Shown one piece after another: positions 9,702 to 19,205 of a stretch of DNA of 64,000 nt (its first letter is position 1; each line of letters begins with the position of its first letter). This DNA comes from an uncultured Candidatus Rokubacteria bacterium. GTDB taxonomy: Bacteria > Methylomirabilota > Methylomirabilia > Rokubacteriales > DASRDR01. Position numbers and translations under genes: made by a program. The DNA is taken from assembly GCA_963826115.1 (NCBI GenBank), contig CAWGVS010000005.1:1280001-1344000 (forward strand), read 5' to 3'. Below the pieces are notes generated by a model. It searched no databases and was not told where the DNA came from. It saw only the letters and a program-made list of their open reading frames with translations.

Positions 9702-10823
9702 ATGGACGTCTACGCGCGGCTCGGGGTGCGGCCCATCGTCAACGCCCGCGGCATGAACACCATGGCGAGCGGTTCCCTCATGCCGAAGCCGGTGCTCGAC
9801 GCCATGAACGAGGCCGCCGGCGCCTTCGTGGACATGGGGGACCTGAACGCCCGCGCGGGCGCCCACATCGCCCGCCTGGTCGGCGTCGAGGACGCGCACG
9901 TCACCTCGGGCTCGGCCGGGGGCCTCCTCCTCGCCGCCGCGGCGTGCATCGCGGGCAGCGATCCCGAGCGGATCCTTCGCCTCCCCGACACCACGGGCAT
10001 GCGCAACGAGATCGTGATCCAGCGCTGCGACCGGATCCAGTATGACCAGGCGCTCCGCATGGCCGGCGCGGTGCTGGTCGAGGTCGGCGCCGCCGAAGCG
10101 TGCACGCCCGAGGCGATCGAGGCGGCGCTCGGCCCGCGGACCGCCGCGCTCATCTACATCGTCTCCCCGGGCCTCGCCGAGCGCGGTGTCGGCCCCGAGC
10201 GCATGGCGACGATCGCCCACGCGCGCGGCCTTCCGCTGATCGTGGACGCCGCGTCAACGCTCCCGCCGGTCGGGCACATCACGCGGTGGACGAAGACGGG
10301 GGCCGACCTCGTGATCCTCAGCGGGGGCAAAGGTATCCGCGGCCCGCAGAACACCGGGCTCCTCGTGGGGCGCGCCGACCTCATCCGCGCCGCGGCGGCC
10401 AACGGCTCGCCCAACTCCGCCGTGGGGCGCCCCTGCAAGGTCAGCAAGGAGGCGATCATCGGTCTGGTGACTGCCATCGAGCTCTTCGTTCAGGACGACC
10501 ACGAGGGCGAGTGGGCGCGCCACCTGGACGAGGCGCGGCGGATCCTGGCCTCGGCCCAGGGGATCCCGGGCGTGCGCGCGCGCCTCGAAGAGGACCGCGA
10601 TGTCTGGACCGCGCCGACCCTCCTCCTCGCGATTGACCCGGCGGTCACGGGCCTGACGCCCGACGCCGTCATGCGAGCGCTCCGCGCCGGTGACCCGCCG
10701 ATCATGGTGCGGGTCCACCGCGGCGAGCTGCTGGTCGACCCGCACTGTCTCCGCGGCGACGAGGCCACCGTCGTGGCCCGGCGACTCCAGGAAGAGCTCC
10801 TCCGGCGCCCGGCCGGCGCCTGA
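9702..10823 (+). CDS. SelA-like / DgaE-family PLP-dependent enzyme
   Basis: YARLGVRPIVNARG..T..SGS, VDAA, SGGK.IRGPQ (PLP lysine), GRPCKVSKE. Confidence 0.85.
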   Translation: MDVYARLGVRPIVNARGMNTMASGSLMPKPVLDAMNEAAGAFVDMGDLNARAGAHIARLVGVEDAHVTSGSAGGLLLAAAACIAGSDPERILRLPDTTGMRNEIVIQRCDRIQYDQALRMAGAVLVEVGAAEACTPEAIEAALGPRTAALIYIVSPGLAERGVGPERMATIAHARGLPLIVDAASTLPPVGHITRWTKTGADLVILSGGKGIRGPQNTGLLVGRADLIRAAAANGSPNSAVGRPCKVSKEAIIGLVTAIELFVQDDHEGEWARHLDEARRILASAQGIPGVRARLEEDRDVWTAPTLLLAIDPAVTGLTPDAVMRALRAGDPPIMVRVHRGELLVDPHCLRGDEATVVARRLQEELLRRPAGA

Positions 10824-10840
10824 CGGGCGATCCGAGCCGC

Positions 10841-11905
10841 GTGTCGCAGCCCTTCTTTCCGACCACCGTCATCGGCAGCCTGCCGCGCCCCGCCTGGGTG
10901 CGGGACGTCATCCTCGACCGGAAGGCCGGACGTCTCGGCGAGGCCGAGGCCGAGCGCCTCCTCGACCCCGCCATCGACTTCGCGATCCGGCTCCAGGAGC
11001 GCGCGGGCGTGGAGGAGGTCACCGACGGCGAGTGGCGCCGCGAGAGCTACGTCAAGGTCTTCGCCGAGCGGGTCCGCGGCTTCCGCGCCGACATCAACCC
11101 GAGCGGCGGGCTCCCGTATCCGGCGGTCGTGGCCCCGATCGAGTACCACCGCGAGATCGCCGCGCCCGAGATCCGCTACGCGCGACCCCGGACCGATCGC
11201 CGGCTCAAGGCGACCCTGCCGGCCCCCTACATCATCGGCCGGCGGATGTGGCACCCCGACCACTCCCGCCGCGCCTACCCGACCCGCGAGGCCCTGATGC
11301 GTGACTGCGTCGGCGTGCTGCGCCGCGAGATCGAGGCGGTGCGGACGGCCGGCGCGGACACGGTGCAGCTCGACGAGCCCTGGCTCGCGACCCTCGTGGA
11401 CCCCCGGTTCAGGGCCGAGGAGGGGATCACGGACGTCGGCTACGAGATGGACCTCTGCGCCGACCTCCTCAACCAGACGCTCGCCGGCCTCCACGGCATC
11501 GAGACCTCGATCCATCTCTGCCACGCCCACTTCGCGCGCCAGCACAAGACCGAGGGGTCCTACGACCTCATCATGCCCGCGCTCGCGAGGGTCCGGGCCG
11601 GCATCATCTCGCTCGAGCTGGCGACGCCGGCGGCCGGGGGCTTCGCCGCCCTCGCGCGGTTCCCCACCGGGGTCCGGCTCGGCCTCGGGTGCATCGACCA
11701 CTGCGACCCCCGGGTCGAGACGGTCGACGAGGTCGTCCTCCGGGTCGAGGCCGCGGCGCGCCACGTCGACCGCGAGCGCATCGTCCTCCACCCGGACTGC
11801 GGGTTCGCGCCGTCCGTCCAGAACCCGATGGACCTCGACGAGGCCTACGAGAAGCTCAAGGTGATGAGCGAGGCCGCCGCGCGGCTCCGCGACCGGCACG
11901 CCTGA
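10841..11905 (+). CDS. Cobalamin-independent methionine synthase II family (single-barrel MetE-like, Zn)
   Basis: TTVIGSLPRP, TDGEWRR, QLDEP, HLC and PDCGF zinc ligands. Confidence 0.88.
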   Translation: MSQPFFPTTVIGSLPRPAWVRDVILDRKAGRLGEAEAERLLDPAIDFAIRLQERAGVEEVTDGEWRRESYVKVFAERVRGFRADINPSGGLPYPAVVAPIEYHREIAAPEIRYARPRTDRRLKATLPAPYIIGRRMWHPDHSRRAYPTREALMRDCVGVLRREIEAVRTAGADTVQLDEPWLATLVDPRFRAEEGITDVGYEMDLCADLLNQTLAGLHGIETSIHLCHAHFARQHKTEGSYDLIMPALARVRAGIISLELATPAAGGFAALARFPTGVRLGLGCIDHCDPRVETVDEVVLRVEAAARHVDRERIVLHPDCGFAPSVQNPMDLDEAYEKLKVMSEAAARLRDRHA

Positions 11906-11943
11906 GCCGCGAAGGGGCGCGATCGCGGCCCTTCCACCCGACC

Positions 11944-11989
11944 GGCCGCCCGGGCGGCCTTGACGCCGGGAGCCGTGTCCCGATAGGCT
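11944..11989 (+). promoter_or_regulatory. Putative sigma70 promoter (TTGACG-N18-TAGGCT) preceded by a perfect 16-bp palindrome GGCCGCCCGGGCGGCC
   Basis: Read directly upstream of the peptide-type ABC SBP gene. Confidence 0.35.
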
Positions 11990-12055
11990 CGCCGACATAC
12001 AGCCGGCCGCGGACCCGCGCGCCGGCCACCGACACCTGAGACGGAGGTCGACGTC

Positions 12056-13603
12056 ATGCGGCTGCGGACCCTTGGGACTCTGGTCGTCACCGTCGCGTGT
12101 CTCCTGGCGCTCGCCGCGCCGATGCCGGCCGCGGCTCCGAAGGCCGGCGGCACGATGAAGTTCGCGCTGCTGCGGGACCCCACCGGGTGGGACCCGCACA
12201 TCAACTACGGCGCGACGACCTACAGCTTCCTGGCCAACATGTACGAGGGTCTGCTCCGCTACTCGCTGAAGGGGGCGATCGAGCCCGCTCTCGCGGTGCG
12301 GTGGGAGACGCCCAACGCCACCACCTACGTCCTCCACCTCCGGAAGGGCGTCCACTTCCACAGCGGCAACCCGTTCACGGCCGACGACGTGAAGTGGAAC
12401 ATCGAGCGGATCATCGCACCCGCGACCAACGCCACGCGGGCCAAGGAGTTCGAGGTCGTGGAGGCGGTCACCGTGGTCGACCCGTCCACCGTCCGGATCA
12501 CGCTCAAGCAACCCTCGGCGCCCTTCCTGGAGCTTCTCGCCGCCGCCGAGGCGGTCATGGCCGACAGCAAGTGGGTCACCGCCGGCGGCGACCTCAAGAA
12601 GGGTGCCAGCGGGACCGGCCCCTTCAAGCTCGGCCCCTTCGAGACCGGCGTCCGCTACGCGCTCGTCAAGAACACCGACTACTGGGAGTCCCCCTACCCC
12701 TACCTCGACCGGATCGACCTGTCGACGGTGGCCAAGGACGACGTCCGCGTCCAGGCGCTCCAGACGGGCAGCGTCGACATGGCCGAGTACATCCCCTGGC
12801 AGGAGATCAAGGCGCTCGAGAAGGATCCGCAGATCAAGGTGCACGTGGGCTACGACACCTTCAACGTGATCCGCATGAACCCGAAGCGCGCGCCCTTCGA
12901 CAACGTGAAGGTCCGGCAGGCGCTCAACTACCTCGTCGACCGGAAGGAGATCATCGAGCTGGCCTGGGGCGGCATCGGCCGGCCGTTCGGCGCCGGCCTC
13001 ATCCCCGACGGCCACTGGGCCTTCCCGAAGGCGCTCCAGAGCACCTGGTCCTACGACCCCGCGAAGGGCAAGCGCCTCCTCGCCGAGTCCGGCGTCAACC
13101 CCGGCGCCACCCGGATCGTCTTCGACTCGACCACGCTGTCGGTCCACATGGACGAGGCCCAGATCATCGTGACCCAGCTCCAGCGGGCGGGCTTCACGCA
13201 GATCGAGCTGAAGCCGATGGACGTCCCGACGCAGCAGCGGAAGCGGGTCACCGGCGAATACCAGATGATGATGGACGGGTTCAGCCTTCCCGGCCCCGAC
13301 CCCGATTTCTACGCGGGATTCTTCGCCACGGGCGGCGCGTCGTACGCGCGCGCGGTCGAGTTCAGCGACGCGGCCCTCGACAAGCTCGTGGCCGAGGGGC
13401 GGAGCGTCGGAGACCAGGCGAAGCGAGCCGCCGTCTACGCGCAGGTGGAGCAGCGGGTCGTGGAGCTGGCCCCGTGGGTGTTCCTCCACTGGCGGCCACA
13501 GGCCGAGGCGCACCGCGCCACCATCGGCGGGTACACGCGCCTCCCGGGGGCCATCGGCAACAAGAGCCTGGGCGGCCTCAAGTACGTGTACCGGGAGGGC
13601 TGA
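12056..13603 (+). CDS. ABC transporter substrate-binding protein, family 5 (DppA/OppA-like)
   Basis: Signal peptide; LRKGVHFHSGNPFTADDVKW, GTGPFKL, PFDNVKVRQAL; GGAGG RBS. Confidence 0.93.
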   Translation: MRLRTLGTLVVTVACLLALAAPMPAAAPKAGGTMKFALLRDPTGWDPHINYGATTYSFLANMYEGLLRYSLKGAIEPALAVRWETPNATTYVLHLRKGVHFHSGNPFTADDVKWNIERIIAPATNATRAKEFEVVEAVTVVDPSTVRITLKQPSAPFLELLAAAEAVMADSKWVTAGGDLKKGASGTGPFKLGPFETGVRYALVKNTDYWESPYPYLDRIDLSTVAKDDVRVQALQTGSVDMAEYIPWQEIKALEKDPQIKVHVGYDTFNVIRMNPKRAPFDNVKVRQALNYLVDRKEIIELAWGGIGRPFGAGLIPDGHWAFPKALQSTWSYDPAKGKRLLAESGVNPGATRIVFDSTTLSVHMDEAQIIVTQLQRAGFTQIELKPMDVPTQQRKRVTGEYQMMMDGFSLPGPDPDFYAGFFATGGASYARAVEFSDAALDKLVAEGRSVGDQAKRAAVYAQVEQRVVELAPWVFLHWRPQAEAHRATIGGYTRLPGAIGNKSLGGLKYVYREG

Positions 13604-13606
13604 GCG

Positions 13607-13978
13607 ATGGGATTCGACGGCGCGGCGTTCGTCGATCGCTTCAACACGGTCTGGAACGGGCACGACGTGGACGGCATCCTCGCGATGATGACGGACGACG
13701 TCGTGTTCGAGGCCTCGTTCGGCAAGGACCCGTGGGGCACGCGCGTCGTGGGCAAGCCCGCGGTGCGGGAGCTCCTCCTGGGCATGTTCACGCGCATCCC
13801 CGACATCCGCTGGGACGAGATCCGACACTACGTCCACCCCGACGTGGCCGTGGTGGAGTGGATCACGAGCGGCACCCCCCACGGCGGAACGCGCTTCGAG
13901 GTCTACGGGTGCGACGTGCTCGCGCTCCGCGACGGGCGCATCGCCGCCAAGCGGTCGTTCCGGAAGGGCGTGATCTAG
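13607..13978 (+). CDS. NTF2/SnoaL-like protein
   Basis: WNGHDVDGILAMMTDDVVF, GCDVL.LRDGRIAAKRS. Confidence 0.85.
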   Translation: MGFDGAAFVDRFNTVWNGHDVDGILAMMTDDVVFEASFGKDPWGTRVVGKPAVRELLLGMFTRIPDIRWDEIRHYVHPDVAVVEWITSGTPHGGTRFEVYGCDVLALRDGRIAAKRSFRKGVI

Positions 13979-13999
13979 CCCCGGGCGGGCTCGCCCGCC

Positions 14000-14953
14000 G
14001 TGTGGACGTATCTCCTCCGCCGGATCGGGCTCGCGGCGGTCCTGCTCTGGGTCGTCGCCACCGTCCTGTTCTTCTCGATTCACCTCCTGCCGGGCGACCC
14101 CGCGCTCCTGATCCTCGGGGGCGACGCCGCCCAGGCGAGCCCCGAGCAGATCGCGCGCGTGCGCGCGCGTCTCGGGCTCGACCGCCCGCTGCTGGTCCAG
14201 TACGGCGCGTGGCTCGGCCGGGCCGTCCGAGGCGACCTCGGCGTCTCGCTGATCGACGAGCGCTCGGTCGCCCGGGACCTCGCGAACCGCCTCCCGCGCA
14301 CGCTCCAGCTGGTCGTCCCGGCGACCCTGCTCGCCGTCGGCATCGGCGTCCCGCTCGGCGTGTTCGCGGCGCGGCGGCGCGATCGCCTCGCCGATCCCGC
14401 GGCCTCGGCGCTCGCGCTGGCCGGGTTCTCCATGCCGGTGTTCGTGGTCGGCATGCTGCTCGTCGTCGTGTTCTCGCTGCGGCTCCGCTGGCTCCCGCCC
14501 GCGGGATACGTGCCGCCCGGCGAGGACCTCGTCGGCTTCCTCCGCCACTTGACCCTCCCGGTCGTCGCGCTCGCGGCCGCGCCCCTCGCGACCGTGATGC
14601 GGATGACGCGCTCGAGCTTCCTCGAGGAGTCGAGCCGCGACTTCGTCCGCACCGCCCGCGCGAAGGGGCTCGGGGAGCGGCTGGTGGCGTGGCGCCACGT
14701 TCTCCGGAACGCGCTCCTGCCGGTGACCTCCATCGTGGGACTCCAGGTCGGCTCGATGTTCGCGGGGGCGGTGCTGGTCGAGTACATCTTCAGCTGGCCC
14801 GGGATCAACGCGCTCCTGCTCAACTCCCTCGGGACCCGCGACTATCCCGTGATCCAGGGCGTCGTCCTGCTGGCGTCCGTCCTCTTCGTCGCCGTGAACC
14901 TCCTGACCGACCTCTGCTACGGGCTCGTGAACCCCCGGATCCGTCATGGCTGA
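14000..14953 (+). CDS. Peptide/nickel ABC permease (DppB-like)
   Basis: PGDPA, GLDRPL..QY, DFVRTARAKG EAA loop, RDYPVIQG. Confidence 0.93.
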   Translation: MWTYLLRRIGLAAVLLWVVATVLFFSIHLLPGDPALLILGGDAAQASPEQIARVRARLGLDRPLLVQYGAWLGRAVRGDLGVSLIDERSVARDLANRLPRTLQLVVPATLLAVGIGVPLGVFAARRRDRLADPAASALALAGFSMPVFVVGMLLVVVFSLRLRWLPPAGYVPPGEDLVGFLRHLTLPVVALAAAPLATVMRMTRSSFLEESSRDFVRTARAKGLGERLVAWRHVLRNALLPVTSIVGLQVGSMFAGAVLVEYIFSWPGINALLLNSLGTRDYPVIQGVVLLASVLFVAVNLLTDLCYGLVNPRIRHG

Positions 14954-15827
14954 CGGCTCGACGGCCACGACCGACCAGCCGCTCGCCGCTCGGCCTCGCC
15001 GCCGGGCCGCGTGGCGCCGGTCCCGTCAGGTCATGCTGGCGGGCCCGGTGGTCGGGCTCCTCCTCGTCGCGGCCGCCCTCGCCCCCCTCCTGGCGCCGGC
15101 GGACCCCAACGCGCTGAATCCCCGCGCGAAGGCCCAGCCGCCGACCTTCGCCCACCTGCTCGGGACCGACGAGTTCGGCCGGGACCTCCTGAGCCGTCTC
15201 CTCCACGGGGCGCGCATCACGCTGGTCGTGGGACTGTCGAGCGTGGCGGTTGCGGCCGCCGCCGGGACGCTCCTCGGCAGCGCCGCCGCGTACGGCCGCG
15301 GGCCGCTCGAGGCGGGGATCATGCGCGTGATGGACGGGCTCCTCTGCTTCCCGCCCATCCTCCTCGGGATCTTCGTCGTGACGTTCCTCGGCCCCTCGCT
15401 CCGCAACCTGATCCTGGTGATCGGCGTCCTCTACGTCCCGCGATTCACGCGGGTCGTGCACGCGAGCACCCTCGCGGTCCGGGAGCTCGAGTACGTCGAG
15501 AGCGCGCGGGCGCTCGGAGCGTCCGCCGTCCGGGTCGTGGCGGGCGCCATCCTGCCGAACATCGTGGCCCCGATCCTCGTTCAGGCCTCGCTGGCCGCGG
15601 GACACGCGATCCTGCTCGAGTCGGGCCTCTCGTTTCTGGGGCTCGGGCCGCCGCCGCCCACCCCGTCGTGGGGGCGCATGGTGGAGCAGTCGGGACGCTT
15701 CATGCAGCTCTCCGTCCTGCCCCTCCTCTGGCCGTCCGCGGCCATCTCGTTCACGGTCCTGGCGTTCAACATCCTGGGGGATGGGCTTCGCGACCTGCTC
15801 GACCCCCGGCTTCGCCGAGGCACGTGA
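14946..15827 (+). CDS. Peptide/nickel ABC permease (DppC-like)
   Basis: HLLGTDEFGRDLLSR, EYVESARALGA, LSFLGLG, GDGLRDLLDPR. Confidence 0.93.
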   Translation: MADGSTATTDQPLAARPRRRAAWRRSRQVMLAGPVVGLLLVAAALAPLLAPADPNALNPRAKAQPPTFAHLLGTDEFGRDLLSRLLHGARITLVVGLSSVAVAAAAGTLLGSAAAYGRGPLEAGIMRVMDGLLCFPPILLGIFVVTFLGPSLRNLILVIGVLYVPRFTRVVHASTLAVRELEYVESARALGASAVRVVAGAILPNIVAPILVQASLAAGHAILLESGLSFLGLGPPPPTPSWGRMVEQSGRFMQLSVLPLLWPSAAISFTVLAFNILGDGLRDLLDPRLRRGT

Positions 15828-15864
15828 GCTGCCCCCGGCTCGCCGCCACCGTAACGACGCGATC

Positions 15865-16454
15865 GTGACCGAGCCTCTGCTCCTCCAGACGCCTCGACTG
15901 CTGCTCCGTGACCTCCGCGACGCGGACGGCCCGGCGGTGCACGAGTACGCATGCGACGACGCGGTCGTGAGGCACCTCGACTGGGGCCCCAACGCGCCCG
16001 AGGACACCGCTCAGTTCCTCGCCGTCGCGCGCGCCGCGCGGAACGCCACCCCCGAACCATTTACCACCTGGCCATCATCCTGCGGGCCACCGACCGTCTG
16101 TTCGGCGGATGCCGCATCCAGATCCGCAACCCTGCCGGCGGAGACGGTGACATCGGCTACGTCCTCGCCCGCGACGCGTGGGGCCAGGGGTTCGCGACCG
16201 AAGCGGCTCGCGCCCTGATCGCCTTCGGGTTCGATCGCCTGGCGCTCCACCGCATCTGGGCCACGTGCGACGTCGACAACGTGGCGTCCGCTCGCGTCCT
16301 CGAGAAGCTCGGGATGCGACGCGAGGGTCACCTGCGGCAGAGCGTCCGCCGGAGAGGCGAGTGGCGGGACTGCTACCTCTACGCCATCCTCGAACCGGAG
16401 TGGCGGCCGGAGCTCGGCCCTACGGACGCCGGCGCCGGACCTCGAGGTGCCTGA
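15865..16454 (+). pseudogene. RimJ/RimL-type GNAT acetyltransferase split by a frameshift near 16050 (pseudogene or sequencing indel)
   Basis: N-half LQTPRLLLRD in one frame; C-half IGYVLARDAWGQGFATEAA..N.AS.RVLEKLGM in another; the switch lies at a C5 run. Confidence 0.75.
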
Positions 16455-16499
16455 CGCCACCCGGAGAGACGTGAGGCTCGAGCGGCTGCCGCAGGGCAC

Positions 16500-19202
16500 A
16501 TGACCGGAAACCGTCCCCTCGCCCGCCTGCGGTGGGGCATCGTCGCCGCGCTACTCGCCCTGGCCGTCGTCGTGCGCGCGAGCGCGATGTTCTACGGGAG
16601 CATCTCGCCCGACGACGCCACCGTGGCCCTCATGGCCAAGCACGTCCTGTCGGGGGAAAACTTCCCGGCCTTCTTCTACCGCCAGACGTACATGGGATCG
16701 CTCAACGGGATCCACCTCGTCCCGGCGCTCTACCTATTCGGACCGTCGCCGCTCCTGGTTCGCCTGAACGCGATCGCCTGGTCGCTCCTGCTGCCGCTGG
16801 GTCTCTACCATCTCGGCCGCCGCATCTTCGGCGAGCCGACCGGGCTCGCCACCCTCGCGCTCGCAGCGGTCCCGCCCTTCCTCCTCGTGTACTGGAGCAC
16901 GGTCGCCGAGCCCCATCTCGAGACGAACGTCTTCGGGGTGTGGCTGCTCCTCCTGGCCCTCGCCGCGGTGACCGCCCCTTCCGAGCCTGCGCGGACGCGG
17001 GCGCTGGTGGTGTTCGGGCTCCTGGGCGGGCTGGCGCTGTGGACCAACGTCAAGGCGCTCGTGATTCTCGTCCCGGCCCTCGCGGTGCTGGCTCTGCGCG
17101 CCCCCCGCGCGCTTGTCGGCCGGGGCGGACTCTCGATGGCGGGTGGCTTCGCCCTGGGGACCATGCCGGCATGGCTCTTCTACCTGGTCCACGGAGACCG
17201 CGCCGAGGGCACGCTGGGCTCGGTGGCAAACGTCCTCGGCGTGAGCGTCGACCTCTCGCCGGCGCGGCTCGGCGGGTTCGTGGACAATACTGTCCTGCCG
17301 CTCATGGGAACGTACTACTGGGGGCCGTGGACGCGGCTGCGCTGGGCAGGTCTCGCCGCGAACTGCGCCGTCTACGTCCTCGCCGTGGGGCTGGCGCTCG
17401 GCGAGCTCGCCGGCCGGCGGCACGCCGCGCGGCCGATCCGTCGCGCCTCTGGGCTCGCCCTTCTCCTGCTCACCCTTGCCGTGTCGCTCGCCGCCGTGTA
17501 CGTCTCGGAGATCGCCAGGAGGCCCACGGCCGAGACCTCCCGGTACGCCCTCCCGGCCTACATCCCCCTCCTGGTGCTTGCCGGCGCGCTGGTCGCGCGA
17601 GCGAGCCGGAGGTCCCGGGCGGCCGCAACTGGACTGCTGGCGTTCCTGCTGCTGTTCGCAGGGTGGACCAGCCTCGCCTTCCTCTGGCCGCTCTCCCCCA
17701 AGCTGCGCGCGCGCGAGTCCGCGAAGGCCAGCGCGTACGAGGAGGTCCGGCGCGTTCTGGCCACCCGGCCGGTCGAGGCCCTCTACGTCGACGAGACCTT
17801 CAACGCGCTCGTGTGGGCGTTCCTGCTCGACCGCCCGACGGTGTCGGCCCTGACCACCGACCTCTACGCGCCGAACGCGCTGGCGGCCGACGCCGCCTCG
17901 CGCATCGACATCCTGGCCGTCACCGACCCAGTCAACGTGGAGCGGGGCCTCGCGGCTCTCGGCGCCACCTCCCGGCAGACGACGATCGCCCGGTGGCGGC
18001 TGTTCGAGGACGTCCTGACGCCCGCCCGCGCGTACCGGATGGCGCCCCGGACCGGATGGCGCGTCGTGGGGGATCAGCGAGTGCCGGCCTCGGTCGCGGA
18101 CGGCGACCTCGGAACCGTGTGGCCGCCGCCCCGGCCAAACGGTCCGCGCGACGTCGTCGTCGACCTGGGGCGGCCGCACGAGGTCGCCAGGCTCATCTTC
18201 TGGCCGTCGCTGCCGTCCAGCGAGGTGTTCCCGCTCCTGCTGTCGGCGTCGGTCGACGGGACCCGCTGGGAGCCGCTCGGCACGGTCCCGACGCTGCCGA
18301 GACAGCCGGGCTTCGTGGCCAGCGGCCGCCCGGTGTTCCGGCCGAGAAACGGGTGGCTGGAGCTCGTCGTGTCCTCCCGTCTCCTTCGCTACGTCCGGAT
18401 CGAGCCGGAGGAGCCGGTGGGGGACGCTCCCTGGGGTATCTCGGAGCTGCACGTCTACGGGCCGGACAGTGCCGGGCCTCCGCCGCCCGTCAGCGTGGAA
18501 GCGCTCCTCGGATGGCTTCGCGGTCACGAGATCCAGCGGCTCCTGGCCGACCCGGTCGTGTCCGCCCGCGTCGATCGGGCGACGGGAGGCGCCGTGACGA
18601 CGCTGATCGCCAATGGCGCGCTGGACAACCACGGCGAGGCGCCGCCCGGCTGGCTCGCCCGCCCGCTCCGGCTGCGCGCCGGGGATGCGCTGCTCGTGCC
18701 GACCGAGGACGTGCCGGAGCTCCGCGACCGCCTGGAGGCCGCCCACACGCAGTTCCTCGTCGATACGATCGCCGGCCACGCCTTCGTCCGCGTCGTCGCG
18801 CCGCTGGCGGCGCCGGCGCCGTGCATCAGGCCGAACGGTCGTGCGGTCTCACGCGAGCCTGGACGCCAGGGCAGCGCTTCCCGGGTCACGCTGGAAGCCC
18901 GCCTGGAAGACGAGGCGCTCGTCTCGGGGGTCCGGCTCTGGCACCCGACGGCTCCGGGACCGACGGCGGTCCAGGTCGCGGCGTCGCGGGATGGCCGCGC
19001 CTGGCAACCTGTCGCGGCCGCGCGGGTCGTCCCCGCCTGGGGATGGGCCGGCCGGACGCTCTTCACGGCGTGGGATCCTCTGGCGGAGGTCGTGTTCGAT
19101 CCGGCGTCAGCCCGTCACGTCCGGGTCACCGTGACCTCCGATGCCGAGGACGTCCGGATCCTCTGCGTCCGCGGGGACGTCGGCGGCGGCGTTCGCCGAT
19201 AG
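16500..19202 (+). CDS. GT39/PMT-like (GT-C fold) membrane glycosyltransferase with C-terminal discoidin (F5/8 type C)-like domains
   Basis: Multiple TM helices with an acidic first-loop motif (SPDDATVALMA..FFYRQTYMG); ADGDLGTVW..VVVDLG..SVDGTRW..RYVRI and a second SRDGRAW..ARHVRV. Confidence 0.65.
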   Translation: MTGNRPLARLRWGIVAALLALAVVVRASAMFYGSISPDDATVALMAKHVLSGENFPAFFYRQTYMGSLNGIHLVPALYLFGPSPLLVRLNAIAWSLLLPLGLYHLGRRIFGEPTGLATLALAAVPPFLLVYWSTVAEPHLETNVFGVWLLLLALAAVTAPSEPARTRALVVFGLLGGLALWTNVKALVILVPALAVLALRAPRALVGRGGLSMAGGFALGTMPAWLFYLVHGDRAEGTLGSVANVLGVSVDLSPARLGGFVDNTVLPLMGTYYWGPWTRLRWAGLAANCAVYVLAVGLALGELAGRRHAARPIRRASGLALLLLTLAVSLAAVYVSEIARRPTAETSRYALPAYIPLLVLAGALVARASRRSRAAATGLLAFLLLFAGWTSLAFLWPLSPKLRARESAKASAYEEVRRVLATRPVEALYVDETFNALVWAFLLDRPTVSALTTDLYAPNALAADAASRIDILAVTDPVNVERGLAALGATSRQTTIARWRLFEDVLTPARAYRMAPRTGWRVVGDQRVPASVADGDLGTVWPPPRPNGPRDVVVDLGRPHEVARLIFWPSLPSSEVFPLLLSASVDGTRWEPLGTVPTLPRQPGFVASGRPVFRPRNGWLELVVSSRLLRYVRIEPEEPVGDAPWGISELHVYGPDSAGPPPPVSVEALLGWLRGHEIQRLLADPVVSARVDRATGGAVTTLIANGALDNHGEAPPGWLARPLRLRAGDALLVPTEDVPELRDRLEAAHTQFLVDTIAGHAFVRVVAPLAAPAPCIRPNGRAVSREPGRQGSASRVTLEARLEDEALVSGVRLWHPTAPGPTAVQVAASRDGRAWQPVAAARVVPAWGWAGRTLFTAWDPLAEVVFDPASARHVRVTVTSDAEDVRILCVRGDVGGGVRR

Positions 19203-19205
19203 CCC

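Noticed and set aside
9702-10823. Selenocysteine synthase / Sec system
   Set aside because: Shorter than SelA and DgaE-like in motifs; no selB, selD or tRNA-Sec in the window; neither Mo enzyme has an in-frame TGA
10490-14968. 1492-aa minus-strand ORF, and similar long ORFs such as 57139-60336 +, 358-2349 -, 60339-62630 + and 52021-54321 +
   Set aside because: Antisense or alternate-frame shadows of well-supported genes, expected from high-GC codon bias; no motifs
15828-19205. Transposon or integron cassette between the dppC repeats
   Set aside because: No transposase, integrase, terminal inverted repeats or attC-like sites recognised
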